A stretch of DNA of 62,025 bases, filler included, from 5 parts of 5 records of this genome joined end to end with filler, not necessarily neighbours in it, one strand, 5' to 3'; shown: positions 40,129 to 52,059, counted from the first letter of the whole stretch. The notes: generated by a model from the sequence alone, not told the origin. Program-made: numbers and translations.

Positions 40129-41715
40129 CTAGATTTGCCTAACCGCGCCTTTGCTCGCCGATGTGGTCATCGCGGCATAGGCCCTGAGCGCCTTGGTTAC
40201 CTTACGGGGCCGTACATTCAAAGGCTTCCAGGCTTTGTCGCCCTTTGCCTCCATCGCAGCGCGGCGCGTATCAAGGGTGGCGGCGTCCACCTTCACATTG
40301 ATGGACCGGTTCGGAATAGATATCTCGATAATGTCGCCCTCTTCCACCAAACCGATCGCACCGCCCTCAGCCGCCTCAGGGCTAGCGTGCCCGATAGAAA
40401 GACCTGACGTACCGCCGGAGAAACGACCGTCGGTCAAAAGCGCGCAAGCTTTACCGAGCCCCATCGACTTGAGGTAGCTGGTTGGGTAGAGCATTTCCTG
40501 CATGCCCGGCCCGCCACGCGGCCCCTCATAGCGGATGACCACAACATCACCCTCTTTGACCTCACCACCGAGAATGGCGGCAACCGACGCGTCCTGGCTT
40601 TCAAACACCCTTGCTCGACCGGTAAAGTTGAGAATGCTTTCATCCACACCGGCGGTTTTAACGATACAGCCGTCTTCTGCGATATTGCCAAACAGCACCG
40701 CAAGGCCACCATCCTGGCTGTAGGCATGCTCTTTCATGCGGATACAACCGTCTTTCCGGTCCAGATCCAGCTCCGTGTAGCGCTTGCTTTGGCTAAAGGC
40801 GGTTTGTGTCGGCACACCACCCGGGGCTGCAAGGAAAAACTGCCTGAGGTCAGGATCATTGCTGGCGGCCACGTCATAACGCGCGAGCGCATCAGCCATC
40901 GTGGGCGTATGCACGGTGGTGCAGTCGCCGTTGATCAGCCCCGCACGGTACAATTCGCCCAAAATCGCGAAGATACCGCCGGCGCGGTGTACGTCCTGAA
41001 TGTGATATTTGTTGGTGGCCGGTGCCACCTTGCAAAGGTTGGGCACCCGGCGCGAAAGCCGGTCGATATCCTCAATGGTGAAATCGATCTCGCCTTCCTG
41101 TGCAGCGGCAAGGATATGCAGCACCGTGTTGGTGGAGCCGCCCATAGCGATATCGAGTGTCATCGCGTTCTCAAACGCCTTGAAGTTAGCCACGTTGCGC
41201 GGCAGCACGCTCTCGTCGCCGCCTTCATAATATTGTTTGGTGATCTGCACCACTACCCGCGCGGCAGTAAGGAACAGTTCGCGCCTGTCAGAGTGTGTGG
41301 CGAGGGTGGTGCCATTCCCCGGCAAGCTGAGGCCCAAAGCCTCAGTAAGGCAGTTCATGCTGTTGGCGGTAAACATGCCTGAGCAAGATCCACAGGTTGG
41401 GCATGCACTGCGTTCAATGCGTGCCACTTCTTCGTCTGAAATGTTCGGGTTGGCCGCATCAACCATGGCGTCCACAAGGTCAAGCTTCCTGACCTCACCG
41501 TCATAATCGTCTTCACCCGCTTCCATCGGCCCACCAGAGACAAACACTGCAGGAATGTTGAGCCTGAGAGCTGCCATCAGCATGCCCGGTGTGATCTTGT
41601 CGCAGTTGGAAATACACACAAGTGCATCCGCGCAGTGCGCATTGGCCATATATTCCACGCTATCCGCGATAATCTCGCGGCTTGGCAAGCTATAGAGCAT
41701 GCCGTCATGGCCCAT
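40129..41715 (-). CDS. ilvD: Dihydroxy-acid dehydratase, 5'-truncated
   Basis: [45 protein letters not shown]. Confidence 0.98.
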   Translation of the reverse strand: MGHDGMLYSLPSREIIADSVEYMANAHCADALVCISNCDKITPGMLMAALRLNIPAVFVSGGPMEAGEDDYDGEVRKLDLVDAMVDAANPNISDEEVARIERSACPTCGSCSGMFTANSMNCLTEALGLSLPGNGTTLATHSDRRELFLTAARVVVQITKQYYEGGDESVLPRNVANFKAFENAMTLDIAMGGSTNTVLHILAAAQEGEIDFTIEDIDRLSRRVPNLCKVAPATNKYHIQDVHRAGGIFAILGELYRAGLINGDCTTVHTPTMADALARYDVAASNDPDLRQFFLAAPGGVPTQTAFSQSKRYTELDLDRKDGCIRMKEHAYSQDGGLAVLFGNIAEDGCIVKTAGVDESILNFTGRARVFESQDASVAAILGGEVKEGDVVVIRYEGPRGGPGMQEMLYPTSYLKSMGLGKACALLTDGRFSGGTSGLSIGHASPEAAEGGAIGLVEEGDIIEISIPNRSINVKVDAATLDTRRAAMEAKGDKAWKPLNVRPRKVTKALRAYAAMTTSASKGAVRQI

Positions 41716-41815
41716 NNNNNNNNNNNNNNNNNNNNNNNNNNNNNNNNNNNNNNNNNNNNTTAATTAATTAANNNNNNNNNNNNNNNNNNNNNNNNNNNNN
41801 NNNNNNNNNNNNNNN
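41716..41815. other. Artificial contig-joining spacer
   Basis: 44 N + TTAATTAATTAA + 44 N. Confidence 0.98.
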
Positions 41816-41816
41816 T

Positions 41817-42644
<828 letters not shown>

Positions 42645-42671
42645 GCTGGCAGCTTCAAAAGGAACAATGTT

Positions 42672-43592
42672 TTGGCAGATAGCCTGACATCTTATAGTGA
42701 AAGCGCTCAGCCTTCCCGTTCAGGGGAGGCTGAGGCACGTGATTTCTTCGCGCTTTTGAAGCCGCGGGTAATGTCTCTTGTTATTTTTACGGCTCTGGTT
42801 GGGCTTGTTGCCGCACCGGGTGAAATGAACCCTGTGTTGGCGTTTGCGGCTATCGTCCTGATCGCTGTCGGCGCGGGCGCAAGTGGCGCACTCAACATGT
42901 GGTATGACGCTGATATTGATGCGGTGATGGACCGGACGGCAAAACGCCCGATCCCCGCAGGTAAAGTCACCCCCGGCGACGCGCTGGGCTTCGGTTTGAC
43001 CCTGTCGGTGGCGTCCGTTGTGTTGCTTGGCCTGATGGTTAACCTGACGTCTGCGGCGCTCTTGGCCCTCACCATCTTCTTCTACGCAATTATTTACACC
43101 ATGTGGCTCAAGCGCCGCACACCGCACAACATTGTGATTGGTGGTGCTGCAGGTGCCTTCCCGCCAATGATCGGCTGGGCTGCGGTGACGGATAGTGTCA
43201 CCGTTGAGAGCATGGTTCTGTTTGGTATTATCTTCCTGTGGACCCCGCCGCACTTCTGGGCACTCTCGCTTTTCATCTCGAAAGACTATGAAAAAGTGAA
43301 TGTACCGATGCTGCCGGTTGTTGCAGGCGTGGCTGAGACGCGCCGCCAAATTCTTCTCTACAGCCTTCTGGTGGTGCCCTGCGGCATCGCGCCCTATTTC
43401 CTCGACTTCGCGGGCCCTGTATACGGCATCGTGTCGAGCCTTCTGGGCGCGTGGTTCCTAACACTCGCGATCATGGTTTGGCGTGGCACGGAGAAAGCAG
43501 ACAGGAAGCTGTTTGCCTTCTCTATTTTGTATCTATTTGCCCTGTTCGCCACCTTGGCGGCTGAGCGGGTTATTACGGGATGGATCGCATGA
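42672..43592 (+). CDS. ctaB: Protoheme IX farnesyltransferase
   Basis: [31 protein letters not shown]. Confidence 0.97.
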   Translation: MADSLTSYSESAQPSRSGEAEARDFFALLKPRVMSLVIFTALVGLVAAPGEMNPVLAFAAIVLIAVGAGASGALNMWYDADIDAVMDRTAKRPIPAGKVTPGDALGFGLTLSVASVVLLGLMVNLTSAALLALTIFFYAIIYTMWLKRRTPHNIVIGGAAGAFPPMIGWAAVTDSVTVESMVLFGIIFLWTPPHFWALSLFISKDYEKVNVPMLPVVAGVAETRRQILLYSLLVVPCGIAPYFLDFAGPVYGIVSSLLGAWFLTLAIMVWRGTEKADRKLFAFSILYLFALFATLAAERVITGWIA

Positions 43593-43717
43593 CCGAAATT
43601 TCTGAAATGCACGCACGCATGAAAAAGCGGAACCGTGTGCTCGGGCTGACCCTCGCGGCTTTCGTGATCATTGTCGCGGTGGTGAGCTTCTTCAAGATCG
43701 GGTCGCTTGCACCATGA
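43589..43717 (+). CDS. Small single-TM protein of cox operon (CoxF-like), not in ORF track
   Basis: 42 aa [46 protein letters not shown] overlaps with both ctaB and ctaG. Confidence 0.85.
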   Translation: MTEISEMHARMKKRNRVLGLTLAAFVIIVAVVSFFKIGSLAP

Positions 43718-44274
43718 GCACGACAGCCAATAAGAACGGCCGTATGGCCATGACGATTGCAGGTGTTGCTGTGGGCATGGTTGGCATGGCGTATGCGGCA
43801 GTGCCGCTCTATGACCTGTTTTGCAAGGTGACTGGCTACGGCGGAACCACCCAGCAGGTGGACGTGGGTAGCGACGTGGTTATCGACCGTGAAATTAAGG
43901 TGCGCTTCAACGCGGCCGTTCACCGGGATATGCCATGGAACTTCAAGCCGGTTCAGATCAGCCAAAAAATGCACATCGGCGAACAGCAGCTTGCATATTA
44001 TGAGGCTTATAACCCGACCGATAAAACCATTGTCGGCACAGCGACCTACAATGTTACACCGCACAAGGCGGGTGAATATTTTGCAAAGATTGATTGTTTC
44101 TGCTTTACAGAGCAGGAACTGAAACCGGGCGAACGGATCAGTATGCCGGTCGTTTATTTTATCGACCCTCTCATTGATGAGGATCGCAATTTGGATGAAG
44201 TTAGCGAGGTCACCCTTTCCTACACCTTCTTCGTGAAAGACGTTGAAGATGCGGAAACGACGGTGGGGCGCTAA
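43714..44274 (+). CDS. ctaG: Cytochrome c oxidase assembly protein Cox11/CtaG
   Basis: VPLY..FC..TG.GGT, YF.KI.CFCF.EQ. Confidence 0.96.
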   Translation: MSTTANKNGRMAMTIAGVAVGMVGMAYAAVPLYDLFCKVTGYGGTTQQVDVGSDVVIDREIKVRFNAAVHRDMPWNFKPVQISQKMHIGEQQLAYYEAYNPTDKTIVGTATYNVTPHKAGEYFAKIDCFCFTEQELKPGERISMPVVYFIDPLIDEDRNLDEVSEVTLSYTFFVKDVEDAETTVGR

Positions 44275-44335
44275 AGCTTGGGTAGCAATAAGGGGCGCCG
44301 GTTAAGGGTATCGGCACTTTGTTAGGAGAGAATAT

Positions 44336-45187
44336 ATGGCGGGCGACGTGAAACACGATTACCACCTGGTTAATCCAAGTCCTTGGCCAGCAGTGGCATC
44401 ACTGGCTGTTCTGTTGTTGACGGTTGGCGCGGTTTTTACCATGAAGCCAGATGCTGAGCTTTTTGGCATGACCGGTTTTGGTAGCTATCTTTTTGTGATC
44501 GGTTTTGCCGGGCTCATCTACACCATGTATGCGTGGTGGAAAGATGTGGTTAAGGAAGCCAATACGGGCGACCACAAGCCGGTTGTTCGTATTGGTCTTC
44601 GGTACGGCATGATCCTTTTCATCGCTTCTGAGGTGATGTTCTTCGTGGCGTGGTTCTGGGCCTTCTTTAACGCGTCGCTTTACCCGGCCATGCCAATCCC
44701 GAGCCCTGCTGAGTTCTGGGATGTCATCGGCAACGAAGCACCTTGGCCGCCCGCAGGTATCGAGACGTTTGATCCGTGGCACTTGCCGCTGATGAACACG
44801 CTGATCCTGCTTTTGTCTGGCACAACGGTTACCTGGGCGCACCACGCCGTAATGCATGGTGACCGCGAGGGCCTCAAAAAGGGCCTCTGGGTCACGGTTA
44901 TACTTGGCGCCCTGTTCTCATGTGTGCAGGTTTACGAGTACCAGCATGCGGCGTTTGAGTTTGCAGGTAGCATCTATGGCGCCACCTTCTTCATGGCAAC
45001 CGGCTTCCATGGTTTCCACGTTCTTGTTGGTACTATCTTCCTCGCAGTTTGCTTGGGTCGTGCCTACAAGGGTGACTTTACACCTGATCACCACTTCGGC
45101 TTTGAAGCGGCGGCCTGGTATTGGCACTTCGTAGACGTTGTGTGGATCTTCCTTTTCTTCTGCGTTTACATTTGGGGCGGCGCATAA
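44336..45187 (+). CDS. ctaE: Cytochrome c oxidase subunit III
   Basis: SPWP, FI.SEVMFF, WPP.GI, TGFHG.HV, WYWHFVDVVW. Confidence 0.97.
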   Translation: MAGDVKHDYHLVNPSPWPAVASLAVLLLTVGAVFTMKPDAELFGMTGFGSYLFVIGFAGLIYTMYAWWKDVVKEANTGDHKPVVRIGLRYGMILFIASEVMFFVAWFWAFFNASLYPAMPIPSPAEFWDVIGNEAPWPPAGIETFDPWHLPLMNTLILLLSGTTVTWAHHAVMHGDREGLKKGLWVTVILGALFSCVQVYEYQHAAFEFAGSIYGATFFMATGFHGFHVLVGTIFLAVCLGRAYKGDFTPDHHFGFEAAAWYWHFVDVVWIFLFFCVYIWGGA

Positions 45188-45191
45188 GGCG

Positions 45192-45617
45192 ATGGCCGAC
45201 AAGGCAGACCAGAAACAATCAGGAACCGACCGAGAGCAACCCTCCCGGTCGGTTTCGCCTTATAGGGCAGGGCTTAAGGGTAAGTGCCCGAACTGTGGAG
45301 AGGGTGCACTTTTCAAGGATGGTCTTGGTATCCGGGATGCCTGCGAGGTGTGTGGGTTTGACCTTTCAAAAGCGGACCCGGGTGACGGTGCACAGGTGTT
45401 TGTGATCCTGATCATGGGGGCGCTTTCAGCACTTCTCGGCTTCATTGTTGTGGGTGCGCTTGCTTGGCCAATGTGGGCGGTTGCAACCACGCTTTTCACC
45501 TTCATCATCCTGGGCAGCATCTGGATGTTGCGGGTTTTCAAAGCAACGCTCATAGCGCTGCAATTTCATCATGATGCCCGTGAGGGAACGATGGGAGATG
45601 ACGGTCATGACAGCTAG
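45192..45617 (+). CDS. DUF983 domain protein
   Basis: CPNCGEG.LF...CEVCG.D, two TM helices, K..LIALQ; ATG at 45192 preferred. Confidence 0.85.
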   Translation: MADKADQKQSGTDREQPSRSVSPYRAGLKGKCPNCGEGALFKDGLGIRDACEVCGFDLSKADPGDGAQVFVILIMGALSALLGFIVVGALAWPMWAVATTLFTFIILGSIWMLRVFKATLIALQFHHDAREGTMGDDGHDS

Positions 45618-46335
45618 ATCGTTCAGCCCCGGTTGGCCCTTAACTGTGGCGGTTTCGCTTGCGTTTATTGTGTTGCTGTCGCTTGGCACATGGCAGGCGC
45701 GCAAGGTGGCGCCAAAAACAGCCTTGCTTGCGCAGATCGAAGCGGGCCTGAGCGCCGAGCCAATGCCGCTTCCCGTACATCTAGATGACCCGAGTATGCT
45801 CGCTTATCACCGCGTTAGCTTCACAGGCACCGTGCTTGAGCGTGAGCCGATCAAGGTATTTGCCACATCGCTGAGCGGCAAATCCGGTTACCACGTTTAT
45901 CTGCCTGTGCAGAAACAACACGGCATGGCGGTGCTGGTTAACTTTGGCTGGGTACCAGCACACCTTGCTACGCTGCCAGAGCTGCCGACGGGTGAAACCA
46001 TTGAGGTTACGGGTGTGCTGCTGACAAGCGCGGTACCGGGCTCGATGACGCCGCCGAATGACCCTGCCGCTGGCCAGTGGTTCACAGCGGACGTGTTTGA
46101 GATGGCAGCGGCTTTCGGTTTGCGCACCAAGGAGTTTTATCACTTCAGGGTGGCTGCTGATGCTGACGCGCCACCCGGTGATATGCCGGTCGGTGGTCAG
46201 GTGCGGGTGGATATCCCGAATGACCATTTCCAGTATGCGCTGACGTGGTATGGTCTCGCGCTCGGCCTGGTTGGCGTCTATATTGCCTTTAGCCTGAAGC
46301 GGGGCCGCGAAAAAGCGCAAAAACCAGCCAAGTAG
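45607..46335 (+). CDS. surf1: SURF1 family protein
   Basis: LG.WQ, VN.GWVP, N.H.QYALTWY; ATG at 45607 preferred. Confidence 0.92.
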   Translation: MTARSFSPGWPLTVAVSLAFIVLLSLGTWQARKVAPKTALLAQIEAGLSAEPMPLPVHLDDPSMLAYHRVSFTGTVLEREPIKVFATSLSGKSGYHVYLPVQKQHGMAVLVNFGWVPAHLATLPELPTGETIEVTGVLLTSAVPGSMTPPNDPAAGQWFTADVFEMAAAFGLRTKEFYHFRVAADADAPPGDMPVGGQVRVDIPNDHFQYALTWYGLALGLVGVYIAFSLKRGREKAQKPAK

Positions 46336-46414
46336 GGGCCATTGGCCTTGCATCAGCGGGCGTCTACTCCTAAGAGTAAGCCTCGCAATTTTCATAAAGT
46401 TGAGTGTTGGTATC

Positions 46415-47824
46415 GTGAAATATATTTCTACACGTGGTCAGGCGGAAAGTCTGGACTTTGAGGGTGTGACGCTAACGGGCCTCGCACGTGACGGTGGCCT
46501 TTATGTGCCGGAAGAAATTCCAACCTTCAGCGCGGATGATATCCGTGCCATGCGCGGTAAAACCTATGCCGAGGTCGCATTTGAAGTGATCGCGCCGTTT
46601 GTGGGCGATTGCCTGAGCGAGGCCGAGCTTAAACGCATGCTCGATGCCACTTATGATGAAAATTATGGCGGGCAGTTCCGCCACCCGGCTGTGGCGCCAC
46701 TTGTGCAAACGGGCGCTAACGACTGGTTGCTCGAGCTTTTCCATGGGCCCACACTTGCGTTCAAGGATTTTGCACTGCAGTTGCTGGGCCGTTTCTTTGA
46801 TCATTTCACCGCCAAGCGTGGCGAAAAGCTCACGATCCTCGGCGCCACGTCTGGTGACACGGGCTCTGCCGCTATTGAAGGCTGTCGTGGGCGCGATAAT
46901 GTTTCTATCTTCATGCTACACCCTAAAGGCCGTGTCTCTGAAGTGCAGCGTAAGCAGATGACCAGCGTGATAGAAGACAATGTGGTCAATATCGCTGTTG
47001 AGGGTAACTTCGATGATTGTCAGGCGCTGGTGAAAGCCAGCTTTAATGATCTGGAGTTCCGGGACAGGATAGGCCTGACTGCTGTGAATTCGATCAACTG
47101 GGCGCGGGTGATGGCTCAGATCGTTTATTATTTCACCTCGGCCGTAGCGCTTGGCGCGCCGGACAGGGCGATTTCCTACAGCGTGCCCACAGGTAACTTT
47201 GGTGATATTTTCGCAGGCTATATTGCCAAGAAAATGGGGTTGCCGATCGAGAAGCTGGTGATTGCCACTAATTCAAACGATATCCTTGCGCGCACGCTTG
47301 AAAGCGGGCGGTATGAGCGCGGTGACGTATATTCCACTTTATCTCCCAGCATGGATATCCAGATATCTAGCAATTTTGAGCGCATGCTGTTTGACATTGC
47401 AGGCCGCGATGCTGATGTGATCAGGCGTTATATGGATGACCTCGCGGGCACCGGAGGCTTCACCCTTGACAAAGAACACCATGATGCGCTCAAAAGCCTG
47501 TTTGCGGCGGAGCGCGTGGATGATGAAACCACCAAAGCCGTGATGCAGGAACTGCACGCTAATGCAGGTTATATTGCGGATCCTCACACTGCCGTGGGCA
47601 TCGAGGCTGCCAACAATTGCCTGCCGGATAACGCTGCGCCTCGCGTGACGCTGTCCACAGCGCACCCCGCCAAGTTTGGTGACGCGGTTAAGGAAGCAAC
47701 GGGTGTAGATCCGGCACTGCCGCAGCACATGGCGGACCTGATGGGCCGCGACGAGAGAATGATAACGCTCCCGAACGATCTGGCTGCATTGCAGGCACGG
47801 GTGCTGGAAGGAAACTGGTCTTGA
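46415..47824 (+). CDS. thrC: Threonine synthase
   Basis: YISTRG, ELFHGPT.AFKD, ATSGDTG, NSINW.R, VPTGNFG, TAHPAKF; GTG at 46415. Confidence 0.97.
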   Translation: MKYISTRGQAESLDFEGVTLTGLARDGGLYVPEEIPTFSADDIRAMRGKTYAEVAFEVIAPFVGDCLSEAELKRMLDATYDENYGGQFRHPAVAPLVQTGANDWLLELFHGPTLAFKDFALQLLGRFFDHFTAKRGEKLTILGATSGDTGSAAIEGCRGRDNVSIFMLHPKGRVSEVQRKQMTSVIEDNVVNIAVEGNFDDCQALVKASFNDLEFRDRIGLTAVNSINWARVMAQIVYYFTSAVALGAPDRAISYSVPTGNFGDIFAGYIAKKMGLPIEKLVIATNSNDILARTLESGRYERGDVYSTLSPSMDIQISSNFERMLFDIAGRDADVIRRYMDDLAGTGGFTLDKEHHDALKSLFAAERVDDETTKAVMQELHANAGYIADPHTAVGIEAANNCLPDNAAPRVTLSTAHPAKFGDAVKEATGVDPALPQHMADLMGRDERMITLPNDLAALQARVLEGNWS

Positions 47825-49059
47825 GTGTAAGAATAACCCAACTGCCTAATGGCTTGCGGATCGTAAGTGAGAGCCGGAAGTCTATTCAAACAGTGGCAGT
47901 GGGCGTTTGGGTAGATGTTGGTGCACGGCACGAGCCAAAAGAGCTGAACGGCATCACGCATTGCCTGGAGCACATGCTTTTCAAAGGCACCAAACGGCGC
48001 AGCTCCCGCGATATCGCGTTTGAGATCGAAGCTGTAGGCGGCCACATGAACGCCTATACCTCGCGTGATAACACCACTTATTATGCCCGGGTTATGAAAG
48101 ACGATCTGCCGCTCGCGGTTGATCTGCTGTCTGACATTGTGCTGAACAGCGTTTGTTCGGAACGCGAGCTCAAGCGTGAAAAAGAAGTTATCCTGCAGGA
48201 AATCGGGCAGGCGCTTGATACACCAGACGATATTGTCTTCGACCATCTGCAGGTTGCTGCGTATCAGGACCAGCCGATTGGCCGCACCATTCTGGGCGAA
48301 CCGGAAACCGTGCGTGGCCTGACATCAGAAAACCTCCTCAGCTACCTCTCGCATAATTATACGGCGAGCAACGTGGTTATCTCCGCTGTGGGCAATCTTG
48401 ACCATGACAGGCTGGTTGAGATGGTTTCGGAAAAGTTTGCGGACCTTAGCACCGAGAAGGTCAAAGCGGCAGAACCCGCGAAATATATTGGTGGGCGCAT
48501 CGTTGAGCGGCGTGAGCTTGAACAGGTTCATGTCACGGCAGCGTGGCCGGGATGCTCGTTTAATGATCCCGACTATTACGCTCTTCAGGTCTATTCGACC
48601 ATTCTGGGCGGTGGCATGTCATCGCGCCTGTTCCAGGAAGTGCGCGAGGAGCGTGGGCTTGCATATTCTGTATACAGCTTCACGAGCAGTCATAAAGACA
48701 CAGGCATATTCGGCCTCTACGCTGGTACAGGACCAGAGCTTGCACCGGGCATGATGCCCGTCATCAAAGCTGAGATGGAAGCCTTGACGAAGGGCCCGAC
48801 AGATGAGGAATTTCGTATAGCGCTCGCACAGCTGAAGTCCGGCTTGATGATGGCGCTTGAAGCCACAACATCACGCATGGAACAGCTTGGCCGCCAGATG
48901 CTGATTTTTGAACGTATTCTCCCGATTGAGGAAATGATCGAAAATGTAGAACGAGTGGACGGAAAAGACGTCGCCCGTGTTGCTCAGCAAATAATGGATT
49001 CGAATTCGGTTTCCATGGCGATAGTTGGTGACGGCGAATTGGATTCGATTACTTTCTGA
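47821..49059 (+). CDS. M16B (MPP-like) zinc peptidase
   Basis: HCLEH inverted zinc motif, NAYTS, GGGMSSRLFQEVRE.RGL.YS. Confidence 0.93.
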   Translation: MSVRITQLPNGLRIVSESRKSIQTVAVGVWVDVGARHEPKELNGITHCLEHMLFKGTKRRSSRDIAFEIEAVGGHMNAYTSRDNTTYYARVMKDDLPLAVDLLSDIVLNSVCSERELKREKEVILQEIGQALDTPDDIVFDHLQVAAYQDQPIGRTILGEPETVRGLTSENLLSYLSHNYTASNVVISAVGNLDHDRLVEMVSEKFADLSTEKVKAAEPAKYIGGRIVERRELEQVHVTAAWPGCSFNDPDYYALQVYSTILGGGMSSRLFQEVREERGLAYSVYSFTSSHKDTGIFGLYAGTGPELAPGMMPVIKAEMEALTKGPTDEEFRIALAQLKSGLMMALEATTSRMEQLGRQMLIFERILPIEEMIENVERVDGKDVARVAQQIMDSNSVSMAIVGDGELDSITF

Positions 49060-49173
49060 TCGTTATCAATCTAATCAAAAATAGCTAAAAATATCCCGCG
49101 AATAGATACTCGTCTAAGTATTGATGATTGCGGCGTAAGATGGTAACGTCGCGCAGCAAAATCTGAGGGGGTA

Positions 49174-49872
49174 TTGTTGTTAAGTTCAGAGGTGTGCCAT
49201 TTACTCAATTACTGGCGCTCTCTTGGTGGTGGCAAGGCCATTCCCGAGCGGACCTCCCTTGACCTTCGGAAACTGACTAACTTGTTACCCTGGATGTTTA
49301 TTCTGGAAATGGGCGATGACGGAAGCCTGCGCTACAGGCTTGCGGGCTCCTCCCTCGAGGCAGCCGTTGGACGCGGTATGGCGGGACGAACTTACGGCGA
49401 GATTTTCTCTGATCGGGAGCAGGCGGGCTTGATGGCTGAACTATATGCCGTTGCGCTTGTTCAATCATGCGGCGTATTGCGTACCGGCGCATTGGCGTTT
49501 GACAAAAACGAAACATTCGAGATGGAAGTGCTGGCGCTCCCCTTTGTTGAACCTCGCGCGATGGGAGGAACCATTCTTGTTGGTGTGGTGCGCCCCTTCG
49601 AGTATGACAATCAGGGCTTTACGGACAGGTGGGGTGAATTTCAGCATGACCTCTCGGAAATACTGGTTGTGCCTTCGCCTCGCGTAATGCTCACGAGCCA
49701 GTTATCGCCTCGGGTGTTAGTGGCGCTGGAGCGCCTTGATATCAAGATCAAAGCCGTTGACGTGGACAAGGTTTTGGAGATTGAGAGTAAAGGTGGTGTG
49801 CCGGGCATGATGGGCATTCCGTCACTTGAACTGGACCGCTTGGGCAGCGACCAAAGGCAGTGCCTCAACTGA
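49174..49872 (+). CDS. PAS_5 domain protein with C-terminal extension
   Basis: L..YW......P.R...D......LP..FILE...YRLAG...E.L.LP. Confidence 0.8.
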   Translation: MLLSSEVCHLLNYWRSLGGGKAIPERTSLDLRKLTNLLPWMFILEMGDDGSLRYRLAGSSLEAAVGRGMAGRTYGEIFSDREQAGLMAELYAVALVQSCGVLRTGALAFDKNETFEMEVLALPFVEPRAMGGTILVGVVRPFEYDNQGFTDRWGEFQHDLSEILVVPSPRVMLTSQLSPRVLVALERLDIKIKAVDVDKVLEIESKGGVPGMMGIPSLELDRLGSDQRQCLN

Positions 49873-49889
49873 CACTGCCTTCTTCGGTG

Positions 49890-50453
49890 CTATGCGTGCC
49901 CGGCCTCAGATGACAACATCGAAACATTGACACCTAACATGGCCATGGCGCGTGGCCATTTCTGTTCAAGCTCCGTATGGAACACAATCTCTTCGTCCGC
50001 TTCTGACGTCAGCCACGCGTTGGCTTGGATTTCCTGCTCCAGTTGCCCAGCGCCCCAGCCAGCATAACCAAGTGCCAGAAGATGATTGCGCGGGCCACTG
50101 CCGCCAGCCAATGCCTGCAAGATGTCGACCGTGGCGGAAAGCGCGAGTGTTTCGCTCACCACCAGTGTGGATTCCTGTACAAAATCAGCGCTATGCAGCA
50201 CAAAGCCGCGGCCAGGTTCCATGGGGCCACCCGAGTGCACCGGAATATCCGGAGCGTCGCCATCGGTTTCGATCTCCAACTGCTCAAGCAGGCTCTCAAA
50301 GGTGAGGTTGTTGAAAGCTTGATTGACAACGAGGCCCATAGCGCCGGAACTGTCGTGCGAACAAATATAGATAACGCTGCGTTCAAACCGGGGGTCGGAC
50401 ATGCTAGGCATGGCTAAAAGTAGTTTGCTGTCTAGAAACGTGGAAGATGTCAT
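49890..50453 (-). CDS. YqgE/AlgH family protein
   Basis: LLAMP...DPRF..SV, GGP....GFVLH, LGYAGW..GQLE.E...N.W. Confidence 0.95.
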   Translation of the reverse strand: MTSSTFLDSKLLLAMPSMSDPRFERSVIYICSHDSSGAMGLVVNQAFNNLTFESLLEQLEIETDGDAPDIPVHSGGPMEPGRGFVLHSADFVQESTLVVSETLALSATVDILQALAGGSGPRNHLLALGYAGWGAGQLEQEIQANAWLTSEADEEIVFHTELEQKWPRAMAMLGVNVSMLSSEAGHA

Positions 50454-50648
50454 CTGCTTCTCTCTGTCTGACCATCAGCTTACCGTGTATGGCGGCTACA
50501 CGCAATCGGCGTGGACTGAAACCGCTAGTCTCATACATTGAGATATGCAGGTACGGCGTCAACCGGCTAACGGCAATGTGAAGAAACGCGACTGGTGCCT
50601 CATGCCTAATGTTGTTACATAAGGCGGAATTCATCGCCGGAGTTTTGT

Positions 50649-51473
50649 ATGCGTTTTGTCCTTATGTTTTTATGTTTTACTGTGGCGTTTGCCAGTCCGG
50701 TTTCTGCTGGAGCAGGGCCATGGCAAGATCATCAGGGCATGATCAAAACGCGCATCGTGACCGCATCGGCTGATATGGCTAAAGATGGCAAGGCGTTGCT
50801 CGCTTGGGAAGCTGAGTTGGAGCCGGGCTGGAAAACATATTGGCGGTCCCCAGGTGAGGCTGGACTTCCTGTGCGCCTGCAAAGTGGTGGCAATGGCATA
50901 GAGATATTATATCCGGTGCCGGAGCGTTTTGAGCTGTTTGGCCTGCAGACATATGGATACAGCCATAAAGTGCTGTTGCCATTCTATACGCAAGTACCCG
51001 AGGGAGGTGCCCCCTTGGCCGTGAGCGCTGATTTTATGGTGTGCAAGGATATCTGCGTGCCGTTTGAAGCAAACTATGAGGTTGCCGCTGCCAGCTTGGC
51101 TGAGGAAGCCTCGGCGCAGGATATCAGGTTCGATGTGTGGCTGAAGCGCGTGCCAGCCCGTGAGGGCTTAGCTGAAGCTGGGCTGAGCATTGTGAGCGCG
51201 CAGGTTATGGGCACGCCCGGGCACCAGCGTGTGATTGTTGATGTAGCGGCTGACAGTAACTTATCCAGCGCTGACCTTCTGGCGGAAGCAGGGTCAAAGT
51301 TTCATTTTGGTGCCCCCGATAAAAGTCTTTCAGGCAACGGCATGACAGCCCGCTTTGTGCTTATGGCGATGACGGGTAAAAAGCCCGACGATTTGCGCGG
51401 CCAGTCGGTGAGGCTGACGTTTATGGATGGCAACGGCCATGCCATCGACAGGACCGTGGAACTTGAGCCTTAA
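50649..51473 (+). CDS. Exported DsbD N-terminal-like domain protein
   Basis: GWKTYWRSPGEAG.P, C.DICVP; signal peptide. Confidence 0.85.
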   Translation: MRFVLMFLCFTVAFASPVSAGAGPWQDHQGMIKTRIVTASADMAKDGKALLAWEAELEPGWKTYWRSPGEAGLPVRLQSGGNGIEILYPVPERFELFGLQTYGYSHKVLLPFYTQVPEGGAPLAVSADFMVCKDICVPFEANYEVAAASLAEEASAQDIRFDVWLKRVPAREGLAEAGLSIVSAQVMGTPGHQRVIVDVAADSNLSSADLLAEAGSKFHFGAPDKSLSGNGMTARFVLMAMTGKKPDDLRGQSVRLTFMDGNGHAIDRTVELEP

Positions 51474-51552
51474 TGGCCCTTGCCTCACCGGATAATCTAA
51501 GTAAAGTGACACCAGATTTCAGCTATATTTCAGCTATCGTGAGGAGCGAGCA

Positions 51553-52035
51553 ATGACCATTAAAGTTGGTGATAAAGTACCCAGTGCAACCCTCAACACC
51601 ATGACGGCAGACGGCCCCGGGCCAGTTGCTACAGACGAATTTTTCGCAGGTCGCAAGGTCGCTCTGTTTTCTGTTCCTGGCGCCTTTACGCCAACCTGTT
51701 CGGCGAAGCACCTTCCTGGTTTTGTGGAGAATGCCGATTCCATTCTTGGCAAAGGTGTTGATGAGATCGCCTGTATGTCTGTAAATGATGTGTTCGTGAT
51801 GGACGCATGGGGCAAAAACGCTGGCGTCGATGGCAAAGTGACCATGCTGGCAGATGGTAACGCACTTTTTGCCAAGGCACTTGGCCTTGAAATGGACGCG
51901 TCCGGTTTTGGTATGGGGCTCCGCTCCAAACGGTTCTCCATGATTGTTGAGGACGGTGTTGTCACCGAGCTTAATCTTGAAGACCCTGGTGCGTTTCAGG
52001 TGTCGAGCGCGGAGCATATGCTCGCGCAGCTCTAA
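51553..52035 (+). CDS. Peroxiredoxin (Prx5 type)
   Basis: VPGAFTPTCS..HLPG, SVND.FVM.AW, RS.RF. Confidence 0.95.
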   Translation: MTIKVGDKVPSATLNTMTADGPGPVATDEFFAGRKVALFSVPGAFTPTCSAKHLPGFVENADSILGKGVDEIACMSVNDVFVMDAWGKNAGVDGKVTMLADGNALFAKALGLEMDASGFGMGLRSKRFSMIVEDGVVTELNLEDPGAFQVSSAEHMLAQL

Positions 52036-52059
52036 GCACTTAGGACTTATAAAAAAATC

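Noticed and set aside
49060-49173. Possible CtrA site before the second PAS_5 gene
   Set aside because: Only degenerate half-sites (GTAA-gatg-GTAAC) with wrong spacing
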